A DNA stretch of 64,000 bases from Phycisphaerae bacterium (GTDB lineage Bacteria > Planctomycetota > Phycisphaerae > UBA1845 > Fen-1342). This document shows positions 8,848-20,841 of the stretch, piece by piece. The position numbers and the translations under genes were made by a program. The notes beneath the pieces were generated by a model that was not told the DNA's origin, ran no database searches, and saw only the letters and a list, made by a program, of their open reading frames with translations. Location: the NCBI GenBank assembly GCA_050115495.1, contig JASFQK010000013.1, positions 84,844 to 148,843 of the forward strand, read 5' to 3'. Numbering within the stretch: position 1 is the first letter of the stretch; each line of letters begins with the position of its first letter.

Positions 8848-9280
8848 TGGCACCGGATTGCATCCGGTGCGTCGTCACGCGCTCGCTCGCCGATCCGCGC
8901 GTGGCGCCGGCCCCCCGTGGCCGACGTCGATCTTCGACAAACGCGGGACTCGCAACGTAGCGGCTCCCGGCGCGCCGGGATGTCGGCCGTCGCTGTAGTG
9001 TCCGGGCTCCGCACCGGCCGTCGATCGCCAACGAGTATTCGCCCCCCCTCTGTCCGAGCCCCGACCGGCAGGGAGCGGTCTCTCCAGCAATCCACCGTAT
9101 CCGCGCTTGACCGGTCGCTTCCGCTCGCGGCTCGGACTGTCGTCACTCGTGTCTGCGCAGTGTGGCATGCCGAAGCCTCGGGCGCCGGCATGTCTTCCTC
9201 TCGCGTCGAGAACACCATGCCCGCACCTCAGAGCTTGGGCATGCCAAACCCCGTAGTTTCCGGGCTTCGCACCGGACGTC
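8848..9280 (+). repeat. Mosaic REP-like palindrome array B
   Basis: Same modules in the same order as 7798-8150, with extra TCCGGGCTCCGCACCGG hairpins. Confidence 0.8.
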
Positions 9281-9547
9281 TTCCGCAGCGGCCGATACAG
9301 GCGCACCCAACAGGGATTGGCGCGGCGCGAGTCAGGCGGGACGGCGGCCACTGCTCCGCGTCCCTGGTGACCGTCTGCCGCCGGAGTCTGGTATATGAGG
9401 CTGGGCGCGAGCCGCTATCACCAGTAGACTGCGGATGTGATATTCAGTGGGACGCTGTCAGGAGAAGAACCGTGTCATGCACGCACCGCAACAGCGCAGC
9501 TCGGAGGATTCGACGGTTCTGAGCGTGTTCTACGGAGGTAATGTGTT

Positions 9548-10342
9548 GTGCCGAGGCCTGCTCACGCCATCGCTGGTTGGGTTGCGGTTGTCTACACCAT
9601 TTCTGAACGTCTTCTGAAGTTGTCTCAGAGTCGTGCGGGGCGCGAGTGCTATGGTCCGTCACCGTGGCAGTTTCGCGCAGACGGCAGAACGATATGGCGC
9701 GACGACGTCCGTGTCTGGATACCCGAATCCCAGACTGAGCGGATGGAGCGCGAGCGCCGCTTGGCTGAGGCCGAACGAGCCGAACGAGCCGCGCAGGAAT
9801 ACGTTCTTCGACACAATGCTGAATTGAACGACATCGTGCGACTTGCGCAGAGCCTCTGGGAGTATCCCGAGGCTCGTCCGAATGCCAAGACGGTTGCTCG
9901 CCTACAACGCCTTGTCACGAAGACTTCGGCGATCCGGAAGCTCCGCAACTTGGCCGATCGAAGTCGTGTTGACCCAGTTCAGGGCCCCAAGCTCAGGCGT
10001 CCAACAAAACGAATGAAGGCAATGGCGGACTTGGCGGAGGTCTGGGATGCCTTGGCGAACCTGCACAGCGCTGCGCCCCGGGAAGAGCAGGCTGAGGCGC
10101 GACCGTCGGAGGCGTTGGTTCCCCAAGAGAGTGATCTCACGCACCCAGTGTGCGTGGCCGACATCGCCAGAAACCTGCCGCGGCAACACGGTGGCGGCCG
10201 GAGCGACAAACTCGGCGACAAGCTGAGGCGTATGAAGGCTCGGATGCAGAAACTCGCGGGCAGGTGGTACGTCGAGCGCGAGGACGCGCAGCGACTTCTA
10301 CCCGCATACCGGAAGTGGGCTACTCGGCAGACCGACGAGTAA
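9548..10342 (+). CDS. Hypothetical protein with a possible C-terminal Xis/MerR-like winged HTH; paralogue of 10571..11065
   Basis: GTG start after GGAGG; atypical codon usage; C-terminus VCVADIARNL...QKLAGRWYVEREDAQRLL; alignable with the downstream ORF. Confidence 0.65.
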   Translation: MPRPAHAIAGWVAVVYTISERLLKLSQSRAGRECYGPSPWQFRADGRTIWRDDVRVWIPESQTERMERERRLAEAERAERAAQEYVLRHNAELNDIVRLAQSLWEYPEARPNAKTVARLQRLVTKTSAIRKLRNLADRSRVDPVQGPKLRRPTKRMKAMADLAEVWDALANLHSAAPREEQAEARPSEALVPQESDLTHPVCVADIARNLPRQHGGGRSDKLGDKLRRMKARMQKLAGRWYVEREDAQRLLPAYRKWATRQTDE

Positions 10343-10570
10343 CAGAACCGCGTCTCTTCCCCGGCTTGCCCCGCGATCCCCCATCATTCCCCACGCGGCC
10401 GTCCGCGAAAACCGTAAATCGTTGAAAAGCAAGGCGCTTCCAGCGGTGTCGCACGGCACGACCTGTTTGGCTAATACTGTAGGTGCTGGGGCCGCACGGA
10501 CGCGTCTCCGACGGCGACATGCTTTGGGCGCAGCGTCATCGTGGACGCTGCCTCGGATAGGAGACTGACG

Positions 10571-11065
10571 ATGCCGAAGCCCCCACATGAGCTTGACCAG
10601 TGGGTTGCTGACATGTACGAACTGGCGACCATGTTCGCTGACTTGCTGAGTGATTCACCATCACGCAATTGCTTCGGCCCGAGTGTCTGGGAGTGCTACG
10701 ACCTCTTCAGTCGCTCTTCCCCTGAGACTCTGCCTCAGCGCATCAAGCGAGAACGGTGCGAGCAGGAGAGGGCGGCCGCCGCTCAGGCCGCAGAGACGTA
10801 CCTGCAACGCCATAATGCGGCCCTACGAGAAGCGCGTCGCCTTGCCAACGCTTTGTGGGACTACTCGGAGTTGCGGCCCACAACGCGCGCACTTCAGCGG
10901 CTGATCGACGAGACGGAGAGTGTGCAGAATCTGCGAGACGTGAGGGATTTCTCGGGCGGCGAGGAAGCGTGCGCGACGTACGAGGCTCTTTCCAAGCGAT
11001 GGGATGAGGAAGCGAACCGCCGAAGTGGGCCGCGACGCACGCCGAAGCTCCGGTTGTGGCCGTAG
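10571..11065 (+). CDS. Hypothetical protein, paralogue of the N-terminal part of 9548..10342
   Basis: AGGAG RBS then ATG 10571; shares MP.P.H....WVA..Y, C(F/Y)GPS.W and RHNA.L....RLA..LW.Y.E.RP with the upstream ORF. Confidence 0.65.
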   Translation: MPKPPHELDQWVADMYELATMFADLLSDSPSRNCFGPSVWECYDLFSRSSPETLPQRIKRERCEQERAAAAQAAETYLQRHNAALREARRLANALWDYSELRPTTRALQRLIDETESVQNLRDVRDFSGGEEACATYEALSKRWDEEANRRSGPRRTPKLRLWP

Positions 11066-11107
11066 AGGCGCCAGTCACCAACGGTCGCAACCGATCGTTT
11101 CACTGAC

Positions 11108-11773
11108 TCATCCCCCCGCCCCCACCATCTCCCCCACCAACCCCGCCGTAATCTCCATCAGCGCATGCACCACCCGCCCCGCGCCCGCTTCGACCAGCGT
11201 CGCTACAGGGTGCGTACCCGCGTACGCGATGACCGCCATGCCCGCTGCTCGGGCGGCGGCGATGCCTACGGGGGCGTCTTCCACGACCACGCATTGCGCC
11301 GGCGGGACGCCGAGCCGCTCGGCCGCCAGCAGGAAGACGTCCGGCGCCGGCTTGCCGTGGCGCACGTCGGTGCCGCTCACCGTCGCCGCGAAGAACGCTC
11401 CCAGCCCCGCCTCGCGCAGCACAAGCTCCAGGTTCTCCGGCGGGCCAGACGTGCCGACCGCCAGCACGAGCCCGCCGGCGGCGAGGGCGGTCAGCGTCTC
11501 GCGCACGCCGGCACAGAGCGGCACACGGCCGGTGATGAGCTCGCGGTAGAGGACCTCCTTGCGGTCGACGAGGCGCCGAATGTCGTCGTCTGTCGTGTTT
11601 TCGCCCCAAATGGTGCGAATGATGTCCCGGCTGCGCATGCCGAACGTGCGCGTGAACGTCTCCGGCGACACGTCGAGGCCGTGCTCGCGGGCCAGCAACT
11701 GCCAGCTTTCGAGGTGCGGCCCACCCGAATCGACCAGCACGCCGTCCATATCGAAGATCACAGCCTGGGGCAC
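11108..11773 (-). CDS. HAD-superfamily phosphatase (beta-PGM/CbbY-like)
   Basis: AVIFDMDGVLVDS, GTSG, GKPAPDVF and VVEDAPVG motifs; GGAGG RBS 5 nt before GTG 11773. Confidence 0.9.
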   Translation of the reverse strand: MPQAVIFDMDGVLVDSGGPHLESWQLLAREHGLDVSPETFTRTFGMRSRDIIRTIWGENTTDDDIRRLVDRKEVLYRELITGRVPLCAGVRETLTALAAGGLVLAVGTSGPPENLELVLREAGLGAFFAATVSGTDVRHGKPAPDVFLLAAERLGVPPAQCVVVEDAPVGIAAARAAGMAVIAYAGTHPVATLVEAGAGRVVHALMEITAGLVGEMVGAGG

Positions 11774-11940
11774 GAACACCTCCGCGGAGCCTCCGCCGGC
11801 CGCCGCCGACGGAACGTACGGTTTCCGACAGACCGGCGAGCCGCCGCCAGAGCCGGTCCGCCGACACAATAGCGCGGGACGATACCCCGCCGGCCGCACA
11901 CGAGCCAGCCGCACGCTGACGGCCGACGCCAGCCCACCGT

Positions 11941-12075
11941 CTGGAAGCTGGAGCCCGGAAGCCGGAAGCCCGAAGCTGGCAGCCGGCGGGTGGTAGCCGC
12001 AAGCTGGAGCTCGGAAGCTGAACGCTGAAAGCTGAAAGCTGAGGGCTGACGGCTGACGGCTGAAGGCTGATGGCT
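11941..12075. repeat. Degenerate heptamer tandem repeat tract
   Basis: 7-bp units drift from GCYGGAA through GCTGAAA to GCTGACG between the divergent HAD and ABC genes. Confidence 0.75.
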
Positions 12076-12125
12076 GCCCTCCCGGCACGTTGAGCGACGC
12101 CGCCGGCCCGCATACACTGGCTCGC

Positions 12126-12902
<777 letters not shown>

Positions 12903-15651
12903 GCGGGTCCGCACGGCCGGCGCATTACTGGCAATCGCCCTGGGGGTGGGGGCGGTCGTGTGGGTGAGCTGCTGCTATGAGTCCGTGCGCCTGACGGTGG
13001 GGCAGTGGGCGGGGGCGTACGTCGGGCGGAGCCAGATCAACATCGAATCACCGCTGGGCCGGCTGACGCAGTTCTCGTCGCGCCTGCTGAAGCCGGTGAG
13101 CGAACTGCCCAAGGTGGCCTACGCGGCGCCGCTGCTCGTCCAGCGGTTGCGCGGCAAGCCGATACGCCCGCACGATTACGAAGAGGACCGGCGCTACGAT
13201 CCCTGGACCTGCTGGGAGGTGGACTACAACGGCATCGACGTGGACCGTGAAGCGAACGTGCGTGACAACCAGATCGTCGCCGGCCGGATGTTACAGGCGG
13301 ACGACGAGTTCGGCTGCGTAGTCGAAGAGGCGTGGGCGAAGGAGATCGGGCTGGAGGTGGGGGATTACCTGATCACCTGGAGCGAGGAAGGCCGCACGCA
13401 GTACAAGCTGAACGTCGTGGGGCTGGTCATCCGGCGGCGCATCGCCCGGTTCCAGCCGCCGACGGCGCTCGTGCGGTTGCAGGATCTCCAGACGATCAAC
13501 AACAAGTGGGGGTTCGTCACATCGATCGACGTCGTGCTGCGCGACAAGGATCCGAAGACGATCCGGCGCGTGTCGCGACAGATACGGTCGCTCGTCCGCC
13601 AGCAGGGCATCCAGGCGAATGTGCGCAACGCCGAAAGCCGGATGAGACAGGTGGAAGGCGCCCAGCGGCAACAGGACGTTGTGCTGGGGTTGCTGAGCTG
13701 CGTGGCGATGCTGACGGCGCTGTTCATCATCCTGAGCACGCTGAGCATGGGCATGCTCGAACGCATCTCGCAACTCGGCCTGCTGCGCTGCGTGGGGGCG
13801 ACCGGATGGCAACTGGCGACGTTGGTCTTCGTCGAGGTGCTGCCGCTCGGCGTAATCGGGATCGCGGCGGGCATGCCGCTCGGGTTGGGGCTGACGGCGC
13901 TGACGGTCTGGCTGGTTCCGGACTACATTGGAGATTTCGTCATCAGTTGGTGGGGGATGCTCCGGGCAGCGGGGGCCGGGCTGGCCACGACGATCGTGGC
14001 GGCCAGCCTGCCGGCGCTGAGCGCCCTGAGCGTCTCGCCGCTCGAAGCCTCGCGGCCGCGGGCGCGGCATCCGCGGCGCACGCCGCTCATCGTGCTGTTC
14101 ATCATCGGACTGGCGCTGCTGGCCGGGCAGGTGTTCATCGAGCAGCACATGGTGCGCCGCGATTTCGAGTTCGTGAACTGGTCCGCGACAGCGATCGTGC
14201 TGTTGTATCTGGTGTACGCGCTGGCGGCGCCGCTGGCGGTGTGGGTGCTCGGTTCGCCGGCGGTGATGCTGATGTCGCGCGTGATCCGCGTGCGCTCCCG
14301 GCTACTTCAGGACCAGGTGGGCCGCGCGGCGTGGCGATCGGCGGGGATCTGCTGCGGGTTGATGGTCGGGCTCTCGCTGATCGTGGCCCTCGTGGTGCTG
14401 AACACGAGCTTCCGGGCCGGCTGGCAGTTCCCGCGCGAGTTCGCCGAGGCGTATATCTGGAGCTTCGACCAGATCAACCTCGATTCGACGGAGGCGGCCC
14501 GCAGGCTGGCGGAAACACCCGGTATTAAGAAGGGCACGCTGGCCAACGCCGTGAACGTCGTGGTCGAGGAAGGCCCGAACTCGCCGACGGCGCGAGTCCT
14601 GCGGTCAGCAACCTGGTTCCTGGGCATCGACCCGGACACGTTCTTCGACATGATGCGGATGGAGTTCGTCGAGGGGGACGAGGAGACGGCGAAAACGCTG
14701 CTCAAGCAGGGCGGCCACGTGTTGATCGCCGTGGACTTCGCCCGCACGCGAAACAAACGCTACCTGAGCCCCGACGAAGAGAAGCGCGGGGATATGTCGA
14801 ACAAGGTGCGCGTGTGGTACTCGGACCGGGGTTCACGCACGTTCCGCGTGGCGGGCGTGGTGGACTCGCCGGCGCTGGACATCGCGGCGAGCTTCTTCCA
14901 GGCGCAGTCGGAGATGCGCGTGGTGGCGGTGGGCTCGGTGATCGGAACGAACGCCGACCTCAAGCGCTACTACGCGATCGAAGGTGTACGGCTGGCGCTG
15001 GTGGATTTCGATTTGCCGCCGGAGCCGGTGCCGCCGGGCTGGCCGCCGGATCCGGATTCTGCGGACGCGGCGGGGCTGACGGTTGACTTCTACGACCGGC
15101 AGATACCGGTGGACCAGCGCTGGCAGCGCTGGCGCGAGGAAGCGGTGCTCCGCGACCTGCGCGCGCGGTTGGGCGCACCGCAAGCCTACGGCGGGACGGC
15201 CCGTGCCCTGAAGGACAGGATCGACAGCGAACTGACGAAGGGCACGTACCTCCTGACCGCCGTGCCGATCGTGGCGCTGCTCGTGGCGGCGATCGGCGTG
15301 GCCAACCTGATGACCGCCAACGTCGCCAGCCGGACGAAGCAGTTGGCGATCCTGCGCGCCGTGGGGGCGACGCGCGGACAAATCCTGCGCATGGTCGTCG
15401 GCGAGGCCCTCGTGCTCGGCGTGCTTGGTAGCGGGTTGGGCCTGGCTCTCGGGCTGCACTTGGCGGCGAACGTTACCGAGATGACGATCGTGTTCTGGGG
15501 GTTCGAGGCGCCGCTGACCGTGCCGTGGGGATTCGTCGGCGGCGCGGTCGCGCTCACCGTGGGACTGTGCGTGCTGGCGGGGATCCTGCCGGCGCGGCAC
15601 GCGTCGCGCACGAACGTGATCGAGGCCCTGCACGTCGCGTAAGGAGCAGCC

Positions 15652-16938
15652 ATGCGGACGCTGCTGGTGTCATTCGTCGCGGTCTGCGTGCTGATGGTGG
15701 GGGCGTACATCTGGCGGATGACCAACGTGGTCATCGACCCGGAGCCGCCGGCGGCGCCCGTGGCAGCGCCCGAGGCGCCGACGCCGGCCGTTGCGGCCGA
15801 GAGCGCACGCGAAGCAACCCCTCAACACGGGGTGGAGCAGACATCAAACGCCGAACTCCGGGTGGGGCGGGCATCAGACTCCCAGCTCGGGGAGGGGCAG
15901 GCGCCGAACCCCGAGCTAGGCGTGGAGCAGACGCCGGGCCCCCAAGTCGGGGAGGGGCAGGCGCCGGATTCCCAACTCCGGGAGGGGCAGGTGTCTCGCC
16001 TGCCGCCTTCGCCAGGAGATCGGGGAATGTCGGGCGGGACGCCCGCCCCACCCCAGTCCGCCCCACCCGAACCCGACTCGCCCCAGTCCGATGCACCTCA
16101 GTCTGAATCACCCGAGCCCGTCGTCGCCGAGTTGCCGGAGAGTGCGCCGGCGCCGCCCGAGCCAGCCGTGCGTTGGGCCGATGAACAGGCCACGCGTGCG
16201 GCGGAGGAGCGGCTGGTCGAAGCGCGGGCCGTGCTCGCGGACGATCCGCTGCATCCGCGAGCCCTGGCCGACGAGTTGGCAGCGCTGCGCGAACTGGGCC
16301 GCTGGGCCGAGGCGGCCGACACACTCATCCGCTTGGTCGAGGCGGCTCCCGAGGATGTCGACCGGCGGTTCGAACTGGCCGAGGTGCTCGTGCGGCTGAA
16401 GCGCTGGGTGGCCGCCACGCACGCACTGCGAGCGATCGTGCGGGACCAGCCCGAGAACGTGCCAGCTTGGGAGCTGCTGGCCGGCGTGCAACAGGCGCTC
16501 GGACGCCTCGGCGACGCCGAGCGGAGTTGCACACGCGCCCTGGAACTCGATCCGGAGCAAGTGGCGACGCGGCAGCGGCGTGCCGAGGTACGCCTAGCGT
16601 TGCACGACTGGGCGGAAGCGCTGGCCGACTTCGAGGTGCTCCTGCAGCGGTCGCCGGCGGACGTCGAGGCGGCGCTCGGGGCGGCGCAGGCCGAGGCTGG
16701 TACGGGCGACCTGGCCGCAGCCCGGGCTCGGCTGGAGGCGATCATCGCCGACAACCCGCGACACGTCGTAGCCCTGAACCGCTTGGCGGAGCTGGCTTGG
16801 CAGGAGTACCGCACGACAGGCGAGCGTCCCGCCCTGTCCGCGACGGCGTCCCGGTGCCGCCAATCCCTGGCCATCGACCCCAACCAACCGGCCATCCAAG
16901 CCCTCCTCGATTCCGCCCTCGCCGCGGGGGCGGAGTAG
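15652..16938 (+). CDS. Membrane-anchored tetratricopeptide-repeat protein with a repetitive linker
   Basis: AAGGAG RBS; N-terminal TM; Pro-rich linker; TPR-like helices (RALELDPE, SLAIDPNQP). Confidence 0.8.
   Translation: MRTLLVSFVAVCVLMVGAYIWRMTNVVIDPEPPAAPVAAPEAPTPAVAAESAREATPQHGVEQTSNAELRVGRASDSQLGEGQAPNPELGVEQTPGPQVGEGQAPDSQLREGQVSRLPPSPGDRGMSGGTPAPPQSAPPEPDSPQSDAPQSESPEPVVAELPESAPAPPEPAVRWADEQATRAAEERLVEARAVLADDPLHPRALADELAALRELGRWAEAADTLIRLVEAAPEDVDRRFELAEVLVRLKRWVAATHALRAIVRDQPENVPAWELLAGVQQALGRLGDAERSCTRALELDPEQVATRQRRAEVRLALHDWAEALADFEVLLQRSPADVEAALGAAQAEAGTGDLAAARARLEAIIADNPRHVVALNRLAELAWQEYRTTGERPALSATASRCRQSLAIDPNQPAIQALLDSALAAGAE
15831..16010 (+). repeat. Six 30-bp tandem units inside the TPR gene
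   Basis: Units start at 15831, 15861, 15891, 15921, 15951 and 15981, each beginning GGWGGRGCRG. Confidence 0.75.
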
Positions 16939-17132
16939 GGGATAGTGCTTTCGCCTTTGGGGTGGCTGCGTCTGTAATGTACTGTGGGTTCTGGGTTTAC
17001 AGCGGTATCTTTGGTGGGGCGTCGATGCCCGGCGGACCGTGGGCGGAACGTCCTGAGGGGCCCGTGCGAGGCAGAGGGACGCCGCCGGTGCCGCAGAACC
17101 CATCGTGAGTTCGGGACAATCCACCACCAAGC

Positions 17133-17169
17133 GTTAGATAATCTAACACGCAGTGTTAGATTATCTAAC
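17133..17169. other. AT-rich nested palindrome; candidate protein-binding or recombination site
   Basis: GTTAGATAATCTAACAC-GCA-GTGTTAGATTATCTAAC: perfect 17-bp arms, each containing a 7-1-7 palindrome. Confidence 0.7.
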
Positions 17170-17191
17170 ATCGGGCAGACGCGTGGCGTCA

Positions 17192-17722
17192 TTACTTCGC
17201 CGCCTTGGCCTTCGGCGGGCGGACAACCGCGTAGGGGTTCCCCAGCAGGACAACGGCGACGAAGACCAGACCGCCGCCGATGAAGAGCAGGAATGGGCGT
17301 GTCTGGGGACGGACGAATATGCCGGTGAGCGGATAGCGGATGAGGAGCTTCTCGATCAGCGCGGACAGCTCGGGGGCCAGTTCATCCTGAAGGATGGCCG
17401 ACTCGGGCTCAGCCGGGGCGGTCGTGGGCAGGGCGCCGGGCTCGACGGGGATGTGCTCGACGCCGGGTGTTTCGATGTTCAACTGCTCGCGGGCCAGGCG
17501 GAGGACGTAGGCGTCGTCGGTCGCCAGGTGCTCGCGCTGGGCCCGCAGGCGGTCGAACTGCTCCTGTTTCTCGGCGTACTGCTGCTGGTAGAAGGCCTTG
17601 ATTTCGAGCGAGGCACGGTATTCGAGCCACGCCGGCAGGATCAGCGCCGGCACCAGGATGGCGCCGCCGAGCAGCACCATGAACCAGTACAGGTAGTGGG
17701 CCAGCCGGGCTGACGGTGACAT
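17192..17722 (-). CDS. Septum formation initiator (FtsB/DivIC)-like membrane protein
   Basis: N-terminal TM, coiled coil, LATDDAYVLRLAREQLNIETPGVE (cf. L.D..YIE..ARE.L....PGE); directly downstream of eno; extra C-terminal TM. Confidence 0.65.
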   Translation of the reverse strand: MSPSARLAHYLYWFMVLLGGAILVPALILPAWLEYRASLEIKAFYQQQYAEKQEQFDRLRAQREHLATDDAYVLRLAREQLNIETPGVEHIPVEPGALPTTAPAEPESAILQDELAPELSALIEKLLIRYPLTGIFVRPQTRPFLLFIGGGLVFVAVVLLGNPYAVVRPPKAKAAK

Positions 17723-17756
17723 CCGTGTCTTCTCCGGCCGCGGCGGCGGCCAGCGC

Positions 17757-19480
<1,724 letters not shown>

Positions 19481-19804
19481 CGGCGACGAACACTCCTCAG
19501 CGGCGCGGTTCCACCCCGCCGCATTGAGGCGCAATTGTACCGTGGTCCGCAAGGATGCGAACCCGCCGGCCTGCCCCGCCCGCCAATATGGCAGTCCGCA
19601 GGCAACGGACGGCCGCGGGCGGCGGCAGGACCGGTCCATAATGAATAGAATCTCCAAGGATTTGCGGCGATCGGGCGATGCAGGCCGGCGGCAACGTGCT
19701 CTGGCGCCGAGCTTGCTACCTCCCGGATCAGGCGGGCGGCGATAACACGCCGCCCGATTTATCGAGCCTCAATGTCCGCCATTCGGCGGCGATTGGAGTG
19801 AATC

Positions 19805-20665
19805 ATGCGGTGGATGAACAACGCGAAAACGGCAGCGCTCCTCGGCGGGATGATGGCCCTCTTCATGGCCGCCGGCTACTTCATCTTCGGGCCGCAGGGC
19901 GTGCTGATCGGCTTCCTCTTCGGCGGCCTCGGCAACCTCGTAGCGTATTTCTACTCGGACAAACTGGCCCTGACAGCGATGCGGGCTCAGCCCGTGACGC
20001 GCAGCGACATCCCCTGGTTGTATGAAATGGTCGAACGGCTCGCCCTGCGGGCTGGCCTGCCGATGCCACGCGTCTACGTCTGCCCGCAGCCGGCACCGAA
20101 CGCCTTCGCCACCGGCCGCAACCCGCAGCACTCGGCGGTCGCGGTCACCACCGGCCTGCTGCGGAACTTCCCCGCCCACGAGATCGAAGGCGTGCTCGCT
20201 CACGAACTGGCCCACGTACGCCATCGCGACGTGTTGATCAGCACCGTGGCGGCGACGCTCGCCGGCATCATCAGCTACGCCGGGTACGCCTTCATGTTCA
20301 TGGGTGGACGCGGTCGGGATAACCCGTTCGGGGCGGTCGGCGCCCTGGCCATGATGATCCTCGCCCCCATCGCCGCCATGCTGATTCAGGCCGCCATCTC
20401 GCGGCAGCGCGAATTCGCTGCGGACTCCTACGGCGGCGAGCTCTGCGGCGACCCGAACAAGCTGGCGGCGGCGCTCGTCCGGCTGCAAACCGGCAACGAA
20501 CGCATCCCCACCGACACGAACCCGGCGTTTCACAACATGTACATCATCGCCCCGCTGTCGGCCCGCGGCGCCAGCAAGCTGTTCGGCACGCACCCGCCGA
20601 CGGAGGAGCGAATCGCCGCCCTGCGTCGCCAGGCGGCGAACCGGGCGGCCGCCTCACACGTATAG
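19805..20665 (+). CDS. htpX: Zinc metalloprotease HtpX (M48)
   Basis: PNAFATGRNP, HELAH, SRQREFAAD and THPPTEERI motifs. Confidence 0.95.
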   Translation: MRWMNNAKTAALLGGMMALFMAAGYFIFGPQGVLIGFLFGGLGNLVAYFYSDKLALTAMRAQPVTRSDIPWLYEMVERLALRAGLPMPRVYVCPQPAPNAFATGRNPQHSAVAVTTGLLRNFPAHEIEGVLAHELAHVRHRDVLISTVAATLAGIISYAGYAFMFMGGRGRDNPFGAVGALAMMILAPIAAMLIQAAISRQREFAADSYGGELCGDPNKLAAALVRLQTGNERIPTDTNPAFHNMYIIAPLSARGASKLFGTHPPTEERIAALRRQAANRAAASHV

Positions 20666-20740
20666 AAACTTGGAGTGCCACTCGCTCCTGGCCGGCGAGG
20701 CGACCAGTTTCCTCCTGACTGGTCCCTCGCCGGTGTCTTT

Positions 20741-20826
20741 GTTGAGAAAGGGGACTGGCTCCGAGCTGAGGGAGCCACCCGAGTCCGGAGACAACATGGC
20801 GCGAGGTACCTGTCCCCTTTCTCAAC
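20741..20826. repeat. 86-bp element with 15-bp terminal inverted repeats (MITE/REP-like)
   Basis: GTTGAGAAAGGGGAC...GTCCCCTTTCTCAAC between convergent genes. Confidence 0.7.
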
Positions 20827-20841
20827 CGACTGCCCGCGTGT

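Noticed and set aside
7767..9218. Extended N-termini in the ORF track for selB (to 7904) and the DUF6141-like gene (to 9218)
   Set aside because: The extensions run through REP arrays; family similarity (and, for the DUF6141-like gene, the RBS) begins at the downstream starts.
7798..9280. CRISPR array
   Set aside because: The repeats are heterogeneous hairpins with irregular spacing and shared spacers; no cas genes are present.
17133..17169. True integron attC site
   Set aside because: It is far too short, has no L boxes or extrahelical bases, and there is no cassette array or intI.
20670..20690. CIRCE element near htpX
   Set aside because: Only one half-site-like sequence, and it lies downstream of the gene.
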